Source of the DNA: Mobula hypostoma | Taxonomy: Eukaryota | Assembly (NCBI RefSeq): GCF_963921235.1 | Contig: NC_086097.1 | Coordinates: forward strand, 52,330,001 to 52,394,000 | Length of the DNA: 64,000 bases | Reading direction: 5' to 3' | In this document: positions 1-14,580 of the stretch, piece after piece | How the letters are laid out: each line of letters starts with the position of its first letter | Position numbering within the stretch: the stretch's first letter is position 1 | Program-made: the position numbers and the translations under genes | Notes under the pieces: model-generated | The model's database searches: none | Told to the model about the DNA's origin: nothing | The model's input: the letters and a program-made list of their open reading frames with translations, nothing else

Positions 1-1800
1 GAGTCCTGCCATGGTTTGTCCTTACAACATGCAATACCTCACACTTGTCTGCATTAAATTCCATCTGCCATTTTTCCAGCTGGTCCAGATCTCACTGCAA
101 GCCTTCCTCGCTGTCCTCTGCACCCCCAATCTCGGTGTCATTTGCTGATCCAGTTATCAAGATTATCATCCAGATCACTGATATAGATAGTCATAATCAT
201 ACTTTATTGATCCCCGGGGAAATTGGTTTTCGTTACGGTTGCACCATAAATAATAAATAGTAATAGAACCATAAATAGTTAAATAGTAATATGTAAATTA
301 TGCCAGTAAATTATGAAATAAATCCAGGACCAGCCTATTGGCTCAGGGTGTCTGACCCTCCAAGGGAGGAGTTGTAAAGTTTAATGGCCACAGGCAGGAA
401 TGACTTCCTATGATGCTCTGTGCTGCATCTCGGTGGAATGAGTCTCTGGCTGAATGTACTCCTGTACCCACCCAGTACATTATGTCGTGGCTGGGAGACT
501 TTGACCAAGATGACAAACAACCAAAGACCCAGCACCGATCCCTGCAGCACATCACTAGTCACAGGCCTCCAATCAGAGAGGCAACTATCTGCAACCACTC
601 TCACAACGTCAAGGTTGAGTTCAACTTACTAATCATACTGAATACCAGCTGACTAAACCTTCTTGACCAGCCTCCCATGCAGGACTTTGTCAAAGGCCTT
701 GCTAAAATGTACATACAGACAACATCCACTGATTTTCCTGGTAACAACCTCGATAAACTATAAGATTGGTTAGACATGATCTACCATCCACAAAGCCATG
801 TTGACTATTATGAATCAGGACCTGTCTATCCAAAAACCTATATCCTGTCCCTTAGAATGATTTATTCACTATTAATGTCAGGGTCACTGGCCTTTAATTT
901 TCTGTCTTATTCTTAGAAACTTTCTTGGACAACGTAACATTAGCTGCCCTCCAGTCCTCTGGCACTTTTCCCTTGTAGAGTCATAGAGAAGTACAGCACA
1001 GAAACAGGCCCTTTGGCCCATCTAATCCATGCTGAAACCATGTAAACTGCCTACTACCATCGACCTGTACCAGGACAATAGCCCTCCGTATCCCTACTAT
1101 CCACTTACCTATCCAAACTTCTCTAAAAACGTTGAAATCGAGCTGGCGTGCACCACTTGTTCTGGCAGCTCATTCCACACTCCCGTAGCCCTCTGAATGA
1201 AGAAGTTTCCCTTCATGTTCCGCTTAAACATTCAGCCTTAACCCTCTGTTAATCGTCCCACCCAACCTCAGTGGAAAAACCCTGCTTGCATTTACCCCAT
1301 CTATACCCCTCATAATTTTGCACACCTCTATCATATCTCCTCTCTATCTTCTACCTTTTAAAGAATACCGTCCTAACCTATTCAATCCTTCCTTATAACT
1401 CAGGTCCTCCGTACCCGGCACGATCCTTGTAAAATTTCTCTACTCCTTTCAGCCTTGTTTACATCTTTCCTGTAGGTAGATGACCAAAACTGCACACAGT
1501 ACTCCAAACTGGGCCTCACCAATGTCAAACAACTTCAACATAACATCCCATTTCTTTACTCAATACACTGATTTATGAAGACCAATGTGCTGAAAGCTTT
1601 CTTTACCACGCTATCTATCCTTTTTTAAGGATATTTGAAATACCTCTGCAAGAGCCACTGCAATCTTTGTGCTAGTGTCCTTCAAGGTCCAAAGAGACAC
1701 TTTGTCAATTACCGGGGACGTATCAACCCTAATTTGCCATAAAACAGCAAGCGCCTTTCTCTTCTGTAATCTGTATATGGTCCATGACCTCACTATTTTG
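1..1800 (-). mobile_element. Degraded, nested CR1 LINE fragments
   Basis: Minus-strand remnants CLSDWRPVTSDVLQGSVLG (RT) and DTSPVID...IAVALAEVFQ. A second CR1 3' end begins near 976. Confidence 0.8.
189..507 (-). mobile_element. Rex1/Babar-type LINE 3' fragment (family A) inserted in CR1
   Basis: Encodes ...FSQRLIPPRCSTEHHRKSFLPVAIKLYNSS. (CTATGA)n-type tail on the minus strand. CR1 sequence resumes on both sides. Confidence 0.85.
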
Positions 1801-4800
1801 CCTCTGCCCAATAGACTTAGTGACCATCTCCCAAGTACTCTCCAGGCAAAAATAGAACCTGAAACCTTCAAGGGAAATCAAAGCTGGCAGAGGAATATCA
1901 TCTGTGGCTGAAATTTTATCCATTTTACATTGTTTCTCAAAATACTCAAAGTACTCAAAGTACTCCCAGTACTGAAAAAGGTCTCCATTAAGCGCTCCAA
2001 AAACTATTAGAATGTGAAAAAGTTTAACCTGGGAGCTGAGCTGAAGATTTAAGCTAAGTGTGACTTGGATCTTGCTACAAAGCTACTCTGTTCTTACAAA
2101 ATATGTTCTAGTTTTCCATTCCTCTGAAAATGCATCGTGTTTTTCAAGAGTCTTGATGTATAACTTTTGTCATACTAGGCATCCATGTCAGCATTAAACT
2201 CTCTTAGGTCAAATGTAACCAAGTAGATATACAGCAAGCAACTGTGCTTCTCTTGTATTTGCTTGTTTCTAGAGTACAGAGTGTTTTCTAACATTCTTCG
2301 TACCTGTTGTTCCTGCTATTTCTTTTGCCTGAACACTTTTTGGATACTGAATAATTTTCCAAAAGGATTCCCCCATATCAATTGCCAAAGAGCTCTGGAA
2401 AATGGAATAGAATATTTGCAGCACCTTTCCAGGTTTTCTACAGTTCTCCTGTAATAAAAGTAATTTGGAGAGAGAGGAAACTCCTTGAGAAATTCATCCT
2501 TTAATCTGACTGGGTGAAGATGTGGTTTACTTCTGTGCTTCTGAAGTAGCTCCTTGAATGTGTACAGCCACATTGCCAGCATCTTCCACACACTGATTGT
2601 TAGCAGAGGTTATTTTATTGTGGGCATGTAATAGTAATAAATTCAAACTGAACAAAAACTTTTAGTATTTAACATTTGAGCTAATCCAACTGACTGGATC
2701 ATTTTTGTTTTGCATCTAGCTACCCCTTGTATATCTAATCAAATTACAGACTTTTTAAATTCTATTACTTAAAAATTTAAAATTAAGGTCCTTGTGCTAT
2801 TCATTATTTGTATGATATTAGATCAGTTGAGAATGTGGAAATATGATCTGTCTCCTGATCTGACCTCCTGAGTGCACTTAAGTCCAAGTACTGTAAGGAA
2901 CATTCAGATGTTATATAACCTCCTCTAAAATTTGCACTGGCTTCTGAACCTCCTGAGAACTTATAAAATTGTATGATAAATATCTATAATATCAGCATAG
3001 ATTGATATATCCAAAGATCAAATCTTAGCGGTGAAGAGAGTGAGGTTCCATAGAGGCAATGAACCTCTAACTCAAAGCTGCTCAAATGAATATAATCTGC
3101 ATGGGCCAGCAAAATGCTCCTGACTTGTGAATTGCATTCAGCTGAGTCTGATTTATTTATTTTTTTGCCTACAATTTTTGTATTATTTGTCTCATTGGTG
3201 ACTTTGAATAATACTGCCAGACCAAAATTGTGAGCGGCTCTATGCTTGGAGACTTTGTTTATTTGGAAAACAACTTAATCTGTAGAGTTATAGCCCTTAA
3301 GAAAGAGTGAAATTAAACATTATAGTCTACATTCAAACTAAGTGTATATGGAGAAGGTGATTACAACTGTGTCCAATTCTTTATAGCATTGACCTGTCAG
3401 ATAATTTAAATCAATCAATCTGAGTTGCAACTTATAATGTGAACAAAACTGACAGTGATTCATGTGTATTTGCATTAACATTTTAAGTGCACGTAGAATA
3501 TGCTTCCAGAAATTACTAGGAATACTATTGCCTGGAATACATCTAAACTTATTTTCTCAGGCTATGTATTTAAATAATCAGGTATTTTTGATTTATTTTC
3601 ACAATGCATTTTGAAATGATACTTCTATGCATTTACAGAAAGTAATTCATTATTATTTTTACTGCATCGAAAGAATTCTGTTTTGGAGTTCTGAATCTTC
3701 CAGGTAACCAGAACGTCGAGGAACTGAGAACATAACTGGTGTCACCATGATCTGATACCTCATCATTTTGTACATTTTTATTATATTGTTGAAGGAGGTT
3801 TCATTGGAATATGCAAAGCTGCCATTTGAAATGTTGTCTACCATTTGAAGCCTATTCGTATGAGCTGAGAAGGTAATTAGAACATTAGACAAACAAAATT
3901 AGCTGCAGGATTATAGCTCAATTCAGTTGCACAATCATTGAATCTCAGTCTGAGATATGGTCTGGATATTTCACTGGCTATTAATGCAACATTCAACTTT
4001 ATAACCTGCATACAGAATTTATAACAGAAGTGCTTTTCTATCAGTGTTGTATCAATGTCTTAATTACCATTTACTTGTCAAAAACAAATCTTTATTATGT
4101 CCTCAGTGAATACGATTGATAAAGATCTTTATTTCACATAAAATAACATTGGACTGAAAATTTTGGATATATTTTTCATTTGCTCCTGAAATACTCTTAA
4201 ATCAGATATAAAGCAAATACTGTAGGCTGGAATTCTGCAAATGACCTGCTATTGGAGTAATGAGCTTACTTGTATTTGCTCACTGGGGAACTTTGAGTTG
4301 ATCTGCAATGAGATGTTATTAAAAACATCATGAGCCGGTAAGCTGCATGCAAACAAATAACTCATTACGTTTACATGGCAGGATACAATGTGTTAATAGT
4401 TCAGAGGGCCGTATCAAAACAAAAGCTTTCATCACTAAACCATGGAATTCACTGCTTGATGGATCTTTCAAATTATCCTTAAAACCAGGTGATGCTCAAG
4501 TCATCATAAAAACCCCTTCCAGCTCATTGTAAAACACATACCCCTCAGTGTGCCATAAAACAACACCTGGAGTAATGGGAAACCCATGGGGGAAAACCTT
4601 AATTTTGAACACACTCATCAAAATTTGATTCTCAACGGAGACAGATAGTTATAAGGAAATCACTGCTTAATGGTTATTCTGATTCCTGCTTTCCCACTGG
4701 AATAGCAAAGCTGTGGCCTTAAAAGAATATGTTTAAAAACCAAATGCTATTTGCTGTGCTGCACTTTGGTGAAAAAATCCTTTGAAGATTAGCTTGTCTA

Positions 4801-5589
4801 ATTTTTCAAATTCCAGTACCAAAACCTGATGCAGCTACCAAATTCATGTGTCCAGAGCACAGGTATATTTCCCATTCCTTTTTAATTTGCTGGGGTTACT
4901 AGCAAATACACCATGTTTTTAAAAAAATGAAATAATAATTTGTGTGGGTAATATCCAAAAGTCTGCAAAGCCTGCTAATTGGCAGCAAACTGATTATTTA
5001 AAAACCTTAAGTCCCAAGATTGCTGAATTATTGGAGTTTTGCTATATTACTGACAAATCAGTTTCTTGTCACCTGTTAACCCATCTCTTATTTTTCTGGT
5101 ACATGTAGTGATGAACAGATGGGCAAGTGTAGTAACATCAGTTTTATTTTGGTCCCAAGCTAACTGGTGTTAATTCTTACAAATCACACCATGGTAGAGC
5201 AGGGTATTCCAGCCAGGTACACCTGGATCTTTGTGTTGAGGACTCCAGAATTTACTAGCAAGTTTTTCCTGTTGAATGCCAAGGAATGTCAATCTTGTTT
5301 TGTTATTTTCACAAAATCCAAAATGTTAATTCTGTGACTCACTATTTAGGCTTTCACACATTCTTGAACCATGATTTCTGCAATAGCTTAGTTCCCTAAA
5401 AGCTTGGTCATCAAACTTGATGCAAAACTATGCAGTTAGTTAAAGGATCCTACAACTCTCTTACTGAAGGATAGCTGGCTTTGTTAAACAGATGAGATCT
5501 AAATTAGCAAAATATTTCAATTCCAAACTTAGACTTTTAATCGACAGCCAGATTGTTTTCATCTTTGATGATCAATATTCTATTTTTTG

Positions 5590-6022
5590 TTATTTATTCA
5601 CTTATGGGATGTGGGTATCACCAGCGAAGTTAGCATTTATCCCTAGTTGCCCTTGAGAAGATGGTGATGAGCTGCCTTGAACCACTGTGATCCCTGAGGT
5701 GTAGGTACGCCCACAGTGCTGTTAGGGAGGGAATTCCATGATTTTGACCCAGGTACAACAAAGGAACGGTGATATGTTTCCAAGTTAGGATGGTGAGTGA
5801 CTTGGAGGGGGATTTCCAAGTGGTGGTGTTCCCAGGTATCTGCTGTTCTCGTCTTTCTAGATGGTAGTGGGTCTGGAAGGTGCTGCCTTAGGAACTTCGG
5901 TGTGTTGTTACAGTGCATCTTGTAGGTAGTACACACTGCTGCAACTGTTTGTCGATGGTGGAGGGATTGGATGCCTGTGGAAGGGGTACCAATCAAGTGG
6001 GTTGCCTTGTACTGGATGGTGT
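5590..6022 (-). mobile_element. Non-LTR retrotransposon 3' fragment (CR1/L2 group)
   Basis: SLHHRQTVAAVCTTYKMH...SFVVPGSKSWNSLP...FK is a typical LINE ORF2 C-terminus. Related decayed copies at ~33735-34520 and ~49280-49430. Confidence 0.7.
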
Positions 6023-6599
6023 CATACTAGCTTTTTTTTATGTCTATAGTCCTGGCTTCTTTGTCACTTCTTTCAGCTTGTCATTTCTTCAGTTGCCAAG
6101 GTCCAACATTCTGAAATTATTTTTTAACCTTCCACCTTTTTATGCCTTTTACTCTTTATTACTGTAAAGCTATCACATCTCGGTTCCCCCAAGAGTAGCA
6201 ATGCTGTCAGGGAGATAACTAATGAAGCTGTTGAAATGGTAACACAACAATCAACTTTAATAATTATCAACTCAGATTGGGAAAATCAAATTGGGATAAT
6301 TTATCTGAGGTGGCTTTGTGGAAAAGAGTACTATGGGACTAATTATGGAACAAGCTATTTCAGATCTTCAGTTATTTAATTGGATAGGGTTAATTAGAAC
6401 GCTCATGATATTTGATCCTTTAGAGAAAACAGACCATAATATCACAGAATTTTGTGTGAAATTTGAAAAGGACAAATTGAGTTGAAAATTAACCTTTAAA
6501 ATTGATTATCTAGGTATGAAGAGTGAATTGGCTTTCATGGATTGGGAAATTATAGTCAAAGTTTGCTGGTCAACAAATAAAGGCAAACATTTAAAGATG

Positions 6600-6862
6600 C
6601 ATGTCAAAAAATGCTGGGGGAACTCAGCAGGTCAGGCAACATCTATGGAAAGGAATGGCAGAGACCCTTCTTCAGGACTGAGAAGGAAGGAGAAAGATGC
6701 CAGAATAAAAATGGGAAGAGGGGAAGAAGGCTAGCTGGTAGGTGATAGGTGAAGCCAGGTAGTGGGAAAGGTCAAGGGCTGAAGAAGAATGAATCTGAAA
6801 GGAGAGCAGAGTGGACCATAGGAGAAAAGGAAGGAGGAGGGGACCCAGGGTTAAGTAATAGG
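6600..6862 (-). mobile_element. Penelope-like element 3' remnant within an old CR1
   Basis: aaatgctggggaactcagcaggtcaggcaacatc...gagacccttcttcaggactg matches the ends of the other PLE copies. Confidence 0.7.
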
Positions 6863-9800
6863 TCACAATCTCAATGCATGTACATCTCATTGGGAAGATT
6901 AAAATTCCAAAGGCAAAATGATTCAATCATGACTAAACAGGATGAAAAGAGTTATAGATGCAAATGTCTGCATGTTTGTTAAGAAGAGCGCTGTTTGACA
7001 GAATTCTAGGAATAACAAAAATGTTTGAAAAAGATTAAAGGTGAAGTATGAAACTAAATTGACAAGAAATATTATAAAATTTGTAAAAGGTTTTAGGGCT
7101 AGGAAGAGGAAAAGAGCACGGCATTTGTAAAAGTAAGTCCATTGTAAGCAAAAGCATTAGAAATAATTATATTGCCTAAAGCAATTTGTAAAAAAAACAA
7201 TAGATATAGCAGAAATAGGGAGCTGAGTGTATAATGACATTGTCGATCTTATAGTAACTAAATAGAAATTACTGTAGAGATTGAGGACTATAGGCCAGTT
7301 AATCTTGACTGTGAACCAGGGTTCTGAAAATAAATAGCAGTAGAGTAACAGCTACATTGATGACAATCTTCTAGTTTCTTAACTTCTGGAGCAAACCTAG
7401 TGGACTGGAAGATAGGAAAATTTAACATTGCTGTTCAAAAAGCAGAGGAAGACAGAAATTGAGGAGCTACAGGTTAGTTATTCTCAGGTTCAGATTCAGT
7501 TTGTTTATCACATGCAGTGCTGTTCACGTTAACAACCAGCACATCTGAGCATGTATTGGTGGCAGCCCGTAAGTGTCACCAAACATTTGGTGCCAGCATA
7601 GCCTGCACAGAATGTTCAGCAGAACAACATGAGCAGCAACAGCAAAACAAGCCCCATTCCCTCCCACCCACTCTCACAGATAGGTCACCATCACCAAGGC
7701 AGGCCACTGCCAGTCCTTGGTCCCCAGACTCTTGGATTTGCAGACATCAGGCCTCTGACCTCCAGATAAGCCAACCCTGGGGCTTCAATTTTTGGGCCTT
7801 CAAAGTATCTCCTGACTTGCTGAGGTCCGGAATTCAACCTGCACCCTTGTCCTCCAGACATTTGGTTATCAACTCCAGGGCACTCCAATGATGGATTCAA
7901 CCTTTGTGCCTTGACTTCTCCTCCCCCCCAGTTCAGTGTGTGGGTGTCCCGAACACTGGCAACCTGCCCCTGACCTTGAACTCCCCTCTTTCCCTGTCCC
8001 TAAAACCTAACCTGATCCCCTGACTTCCATGCTGTCCCCAAAACCATCGCTATGAATCTAAAAAGCAATGAAATCAATAATCGGTATCATCTTGGCTGGA
8101 AAAACTGACTCCAGTGTTGTCAGCACAATACTGGAATCCAGTGCTAAGGATATGATAATAGAAGATTTAAGTGGCATCAACCTGACATTATGAAGAAAAA
8201 TTCTTAGTGAACAAAACTATTATGATCCTATAAACTTCAGGCTGAATAAGGCACAAACTGTGGATGCAATATCTTTGAATTTTCGAAAGACATTTGTTAA
8301 CTTTATCATAAATGGGCTGCCACTCGTGGGTTGGTACTGTATTAGAAGGACACAGGATAAGTTAAAGGCAAGTAAACAGGTAAAGATTAGCTGTATTGTT
8401 CAGGTTGGCAAACTGTTAACCATTGTTAATGAACAATAATGACATGAAAATTCAAAGTGTTACGTATTGAGTCTGTAATGTGTAATAAAGCAAATTAAAA
8501 TGACTCCAGTGTTGAAGCTATCTCTATCCCCACCTGGAAAATATGGAGAATTCCCTACATCAGTCTTATTCATGGCCCATCCTTTACCATTTTTTCCTGG
8601 CATATTTTTGCCAATTCCTGTTCCACCCAAACTGGAAAATCCCATCACCTAATACCACTACAACAATACCTTTTTATTTGGCGGCGAACTCCAGACTGGG
8701 CTCAAGGGCAAATGTGATGCTATGCCTCCATTCAGCTGACTGGCACAGAGGGGAGGAGACAGAAAAATTGTGCACCCAGCCCTCGAGTGGCAAGGTCTGC
8801 AAGCCAGAGACCCATTGATCCTGGTTGATAAATGGGCAGCTGTTACACTTGGACCCCCCTCCATATCAGAGCTCTTTGTTCTGAAGAATGACTGCCACCA
8901 GATTTAACATGCTTTCAGATACTTGCATCTCCTCAGGGTCCCACCCTTCTACCACTGCAAGCTGCGATAAAACAGCTCATTGTCAAAGGACAACCAGTAG
9001 TTACTGATCTTGCTGGCTGTAGTAGTAGGTGTGCTAAGCAATGGCCCTATGCTTAGGGTAGGGATTTGACTAGAAAACTGAGGCATCAATTGTTAGTAAC
9101 CGAGCAGGAAATAAGTAACAGGATAATATAGAACTAAAAATATTTTCACAATTAAGTTCCATTGTGAGAATTTTGAAATCATCAGCTGTTCTGCATTTTT
9201 CTGTTGATGCATGGAATAATTATTGCTGTTTTAGACAGAGGTGTGGATGGCTGTATGTGCTGTGTCATTCTGCAGAGAATTGCCATTTGTATATCCTTGT
9301 TTGGTGACTTATTATCATTGTAGGAACTTCCTTTACTGACAACACGACACAGTCATAAGAAATTTTCTTTGCTACTTTTAAATTTTGTACTTCTTGTAAC
9401 TAACTATTTTGCAACACTCAACCGAACACCAGCTGGGCCAGAACTGGCCTGTTTTTGACAAATTCTTCTGGTGAACAACTATCCAATTCTATCAACCTAC
9501 CTGCCATTTATTCCGAAATCTTTGGAATATAGCTTCCCACTGCAACAAACTTTTGCCTCAAATGTTAACCTCTGTTCCAAGTTAAATCCACACCTTTACT
9601 TTGTATAACTGTGTCTAAGTTCCGGAATATAAAATGGATAGTTTTGCAATACTGGAATTCATATGGGTATTAGAATATAAAACACAGAAATCTACAGCAC
9701 ATTACGGGCCCTTTGGCCAACAATGTTGCACCAACCATGTAACGTACTCTAGAAACTGCCTAAAATTGCCCTACTGCATAGCCCTGTTTTTCTAAGAGTC

Positions 9801-11550
9801 CATGTTTCTTTATGATCCCACCAACAAGAAATCTTGAATTCTATCATAAAGGAGTAACAGGAATTGAAGTGAGCTTAGTGGTCAGAATTGTTGATCTTAC
9901 CAGCTTCAGAGTACCATTTAGCCTCCAGAGTGATTCAGCTTAACGCAAAACATGGCAATACATCATATTTCTACTGTTAGGAGACTTACTTAGCCCACCA
10001 ATATCTGCAGAAGTACCTACGGATGTGGTATTTATCAGAATGCAAACCGTATGCTGGTCTATGACAGGTAAAAGTGACCAGAGGTTTCTGGCTTTGGTGT
10101 CCTATCCCAATGCCTAAGGGTGACGTTTTGAATTAAAAAAATTACAAGAATGCTGTAACTCGCATCACTAAACTCACCAAAACTTCAAAGTAATGACATG
10201 ACTTGTTAAAGTACTCTGAGATACCTAGGGACCAGGGGGTTCTTGGGTGTGATTTGCAAAATGCAGAATGCAAATATTGGAAGTAATGAATAAAACTAGC
10301 AGATTGCAATCACTTATTACTAGAGGAATTCAATATAGAAGTGGGAACATTATTCTTCTGTTATATTGATGCAGTATTATTAACCTTGTGTAAGGAAGCA
10401 TGTTTACACGTTGGGAAAGAAAGTTTACAAAACTACTACCTGGAATTAGCAAGTTGGTTAATGAAACAAAATTGAACAGGTTAGGCTGGAATCTGCTGGA
10501 GTTTAGTAAAAGCATTTAAGATCCTGAAGGGTTTTCAAAGTGCAGGCATGGAAAGGAATTGTGAGAATCTGAACCGTCTAAAAATACGCAGTTACTACTT
10601 AAACAAGATGCATTCTCTCAGAGAGTTGTTTGAATCTTCTTCCTAAAAGGCATGTGGAAAAAGGCAAGCGATTACTGTGGGTAGACAGGAATGCAGGCAG
10701 AGTTGAGGTTACAATCAAATCAGCAATTATCTCATTAAATGGTTTAGCTTGACCACCCAGCTTTTAGCATTTTAAGACTTGAATGCTTGTAAGGAAAGAT
10801 GGTTGAGTAAATTGGTGCATCTATGGCAAACACAGACATGACTCAGCAAGATTCGAGAATCCAGTCCATGCACAGGGCCAGGGTCACCATATTTAGGAAC
10901 CCTGCTCTGCTTATTTCCTGAATGCACTCATTCTGTGAATGGTATGCTGTAAGGATATGTCACCTTCTACTAGCAAGTCACTATATCTCACTGAGTGGGC
11001 AATTCATCACTGACTTCCCCCTGAGAGCCCTAAAATCAACAAATTTAATTCACACCACGATATCCAGAAATAGCTAAGAGCGCTGACCAGAGAGAGAGAG
11101 CTTCTGTTGCAGATAACATCCTGGCTGTAGAACTGAAAATGTGCACTCAGATGTATCTACTGCTCTCGCCAATCTGTTACAGAACAGTAACAATCATGAC
11201 ATTTATTCAGCAAAGTGAAAAATTGACCCAGTATGTCCTGTTCACAAAAAAAAGCACAAATCCAACTTGGCTAATGATGGCCCAGTCTCTTTGCTCTATG
11301 GAATGTGTACTTATCAGTGATATCACATAGTGCTCAACGTTCAGTAATCTGTGCACTGGTGCTCAGTTTGGGTTTTACTGCAACCAGCCAGCCCCAGATC
11401 TCATGAAAGTGTATATCCAAATGGATGGATTCCAAATGCGAGGGTAGAGAGACAGTTTGTGACATTGGGAAATTTCAGACAGTGTGGTGTCAAGAAGCCT
11501 TGGTAAAATTGACGAGGGGAAAGCCCACCATTGATTAAGTCATTAGTTTG

Positions 11551-11815
11551 AGGGCGCTCCAGTAGCATAGTGGTTAGCACAATGGTATTATAGCTCAGCA
11601 GCAGAGGTAGGAGTTCAATTCCAGCACTGTCTATGAGGAACTCACTCTCTCCTTGTGTGCTTTAGTTTTGTCCCACAGTCCAAAGACGTCCAGGTTCGTA
11701 GATTAACTGATCGTTGTCCTGTGATTAGGCTAGGGTTAAATAGATGCGTTGCAGGATGGCGAGTCTCAAAGGGATGGAAGGGCCTGTCCTGCACTGTATC
11801 TCAGTCGATAAAAAT
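11551..11815 (+). mobile_element. tRNA-derived SINE (V-SINE-like)
   Basis: A-box-like tagcatagtgg, B-box ggagttcaattcc, central tcccacagtccaaagacgtccaggtt motif. Related copies at ~27757-28030 (+) and ~22900-23200 (-). Confidence 0.7.
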
Positions 11816-12439
11816 TAAAAAGGAAGAGAACATACAAAATCGAAGCAGGATGCGAGTCCCTTTTGCAAAAGATCTTGAGTGATCTTCTACTTCAGTCGCG
11901 TATTCTAGCACAACCCCCATACAGTGCGGTTCCCTTAACGCCCAAAAATGTATCAACTGATAAGCTTTAACTATGCTTAGTGACCAACATTCCATAGCTC
12001 TCTTGACTGAAAGAATTCTAGTTCTAGCTGAAAAATAAATATTCCCATTTCCATTCTGAATGGCTGACTCCTTATTCTGAAACTGTGACCTCCCTGGATC
12101 TAGATGATGCCATCAGGGAAATTATCATACCTGAATCTACCTCATACTAAGCCTTAAATGGAATTTTGCATGTTTTAATAACTAGTGAGTGTGCACCTAG
12201 TCTGCTTAATATCTTCTCATAAGACAATTGCAGCATTCAAAGAATCCAGCTAGTGTACCTTTTTTGTACTTGTTCAAACTAATATAATTTTCTTCAGACA
12301 GGAGGCCGGATCTGTGCACAATGTCATGAGGTATCATTAGGGACCTGTCTAATGCCAGTAAGATGGCTTTACTTTTATACTCAGATCCTATTGCAATCAA
12401 GGCCAATATACAGCTTGCCTTTCTAATTACTTGTGCTTA

Positions 12440-13010
12440 GAAAAGCAAGGATGTAATGTTGAGGCTTTGTAAGGCACTGGTGAGGCCTCACTTGGAATAT
12501 TGTAAACATTTCTGGGCCCCTTATCTAAGAAAGGATGTGCTGACATTGGAGAGGCTTGTGAAAATTGTTCCAGGATTGAAAGGCTTATCATATGAGAAGT
12601 GTTTGATGGCTCTGGGTGTGTATTCACTGGAATTCAGAAGAATGAGGGGGGCTCATTGAAACCTATTGAATGTGAAAGGCCTCAATAGAGGATGTTTCCT
12701 ATGATGAGGGAGTCTAAGACCAGAGGAAGCAGCCTCAGAATAGAGAGGCGTCCATTTAGAATAGAGATGAGGAATTGTTTTAGCCAGAGAGTGGTGAAAC
12801 TGGAATTCATTGTCACATGTGGCTGAGGGGGTGAGTCATTGGGTATATTTAAGACAGAGGTTGATAGATTCTTGATTAGTTAGGGCATGAAGGGATACAG
12901 AGAGAAGGCAGGAGATTGGGGCTGAGAGGGAAATGGATCAGCCATGAAATGGCAGAACAGACTCGATGGGTCAAGTGGTCTAATTCTGCTCTTGTATCTC
13001 ATGGTCTTAT
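12440..13010 (+). mobile_element. CR1 LINE 3' fragment
   Basis: LCKALVRPHLEYCKHFWAPY...SLEFRRMRG followed by the CR1 3' UTR and tail. Confidence 0.85.
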
Positions 13011-13496
13011 TAACTTTCATTTGTATCATACAAGACACTGAGGTCTCTCTGAACACCAGTACACCTCAGTCTCTCAACACTAAAAAATATGCCACTTTTC
13101 TAATACTTCTACCGAAGATTATGACCTCACATATTCCATCTGCCTAGAACGTACCATTCAGTAAGTCTATGCATATGCTATATCTTTAACCCACACAGTT
13201 AGGAGCACATCTCCAAGCTGCCATTATCTCTAGCATTAGTTATTTAAAACAATTTATTCATTGTAATGTTTCCAGATATTTATCAGTCTGAAATAAAAAG
13301 TGGTGGGATCAGATGTTTTGCTGAAATGTACTAATGGCATAACTAATTTACAAATAGTGATGCAAAGGGGTAGAATTCTAGTCTTGATCTGATCCAGAGT
13401 AATAAGTAATTCTGGCTATCTCCAAATAATAGTCTTAGAACACTATAGTACATAAACAGGCCCTTCAGCCCATCTAGTCTGTGCTGAACCAGAACA

Positions 13497-14580
13497 AAAA
13501 CTTTCATACCCATAAGGCATAGGCCATTCAACTCATTGAGTACGCTTTTCCATTCTATCATGGCTGACCCCGGATCCTATTCAACCCCCGCATACCTATC
13601 TTCTCACCATATCCTTTAATGCCCTGGACAATCAGAAAGCTATCAACTTCCACCTTAAGTATACCCACGGACTTGGCCTCCACCACGGTCTGTGGCAGAT
13701 CATTCTATAGATTCACTACTCTCTGGCTAAAAAAAAAAAAAATTCCTCCTTAAAGGTCACCCCTCAACTTTGAGTCTGTGCCCTTTAGTTCTGAATACCC
13801 CCATCACAAGAAACATCCTCTCTATATCCACCCTATATTAGACCTTTCAACATTCAACAGGTTTCTGCATTCTTCTAAATTCCAGTGAGTACAGGCCCAA
13901 AGCTGTCAAATGCCCCTCATATGTTAACCCCTTCATTTCTAGAATAATCCATGTAAACTCTCTCCATTGACAACACATCTTTTCTGAGATATAGGGCCCA
14001 AAACTGTTGTTAATACTCCAATTGTGGCCTGACTAGTGTCTTATAAAGGCTCAGCATTATCTATTTGCTTTCATGTTCTATTCCCCTTGAAGTAACTGCC
14101 AACATTGCATTTGCCTTCGTTACCACAGATCAACCTGTAAATTAACCTTCTGGGAGTCTTGTACAAGGGCTCCTAAGTTCCTCTGCACCTCTGATGTTTG
14201 AACATTTTCTCTATTTAGATAATCTGTATTATTCCTTTTACCAAAATGCATTATCATACATTTCCCAACACTGTATTCCATTTGCCACTTTTTTACCCAT
14301 TCTTCCAATTTGTCAAAGTCTTGCTGTAATTGCATTGCTTCCTCAGCACTATCTACTGCTCCACCTATCTTCATATCATCCACAAACTTTGTCACAAAGC
14401 TATCAATTCAATTATCCAAATAATTGACAAGCAATGTGAAAAGCGTCTGTTCCAATACTGACTCCTGAGGAACACCACCAGTCACTGGCAGTCACCCAGA
14501 AAAGTCCCCCTTTATTCTCACTTGCTGCCTCCTGCCTGTCAGCCATTCCTCTGTCCATGTCAGTATTTTCCCTATAATGA
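13497..14580 (-). mobile_element. CR1 LINE (second subfamily) 3' half, nested in the older CR1
   Basis: TKFVDDMKIGGAVDS...WQMEYSVGKC RT remnant with its own 3' UTR near 13510. Boundaries approximate. Confidence 0.8.

Noticed and set aside
1900..11500. Possible non-coding 5' exons or promoter of GNG2
   Set aside because: The ATG exon has an acceptor, so upstream exons exist, but no CpG island or unambiguous exon could be identified without transcript data.
11551..11630. tRNA-like A/B boxes
   Set aside because: No complete cloverleaf, and the sequence continues into a SINE body, so it is annotated as a SINE.
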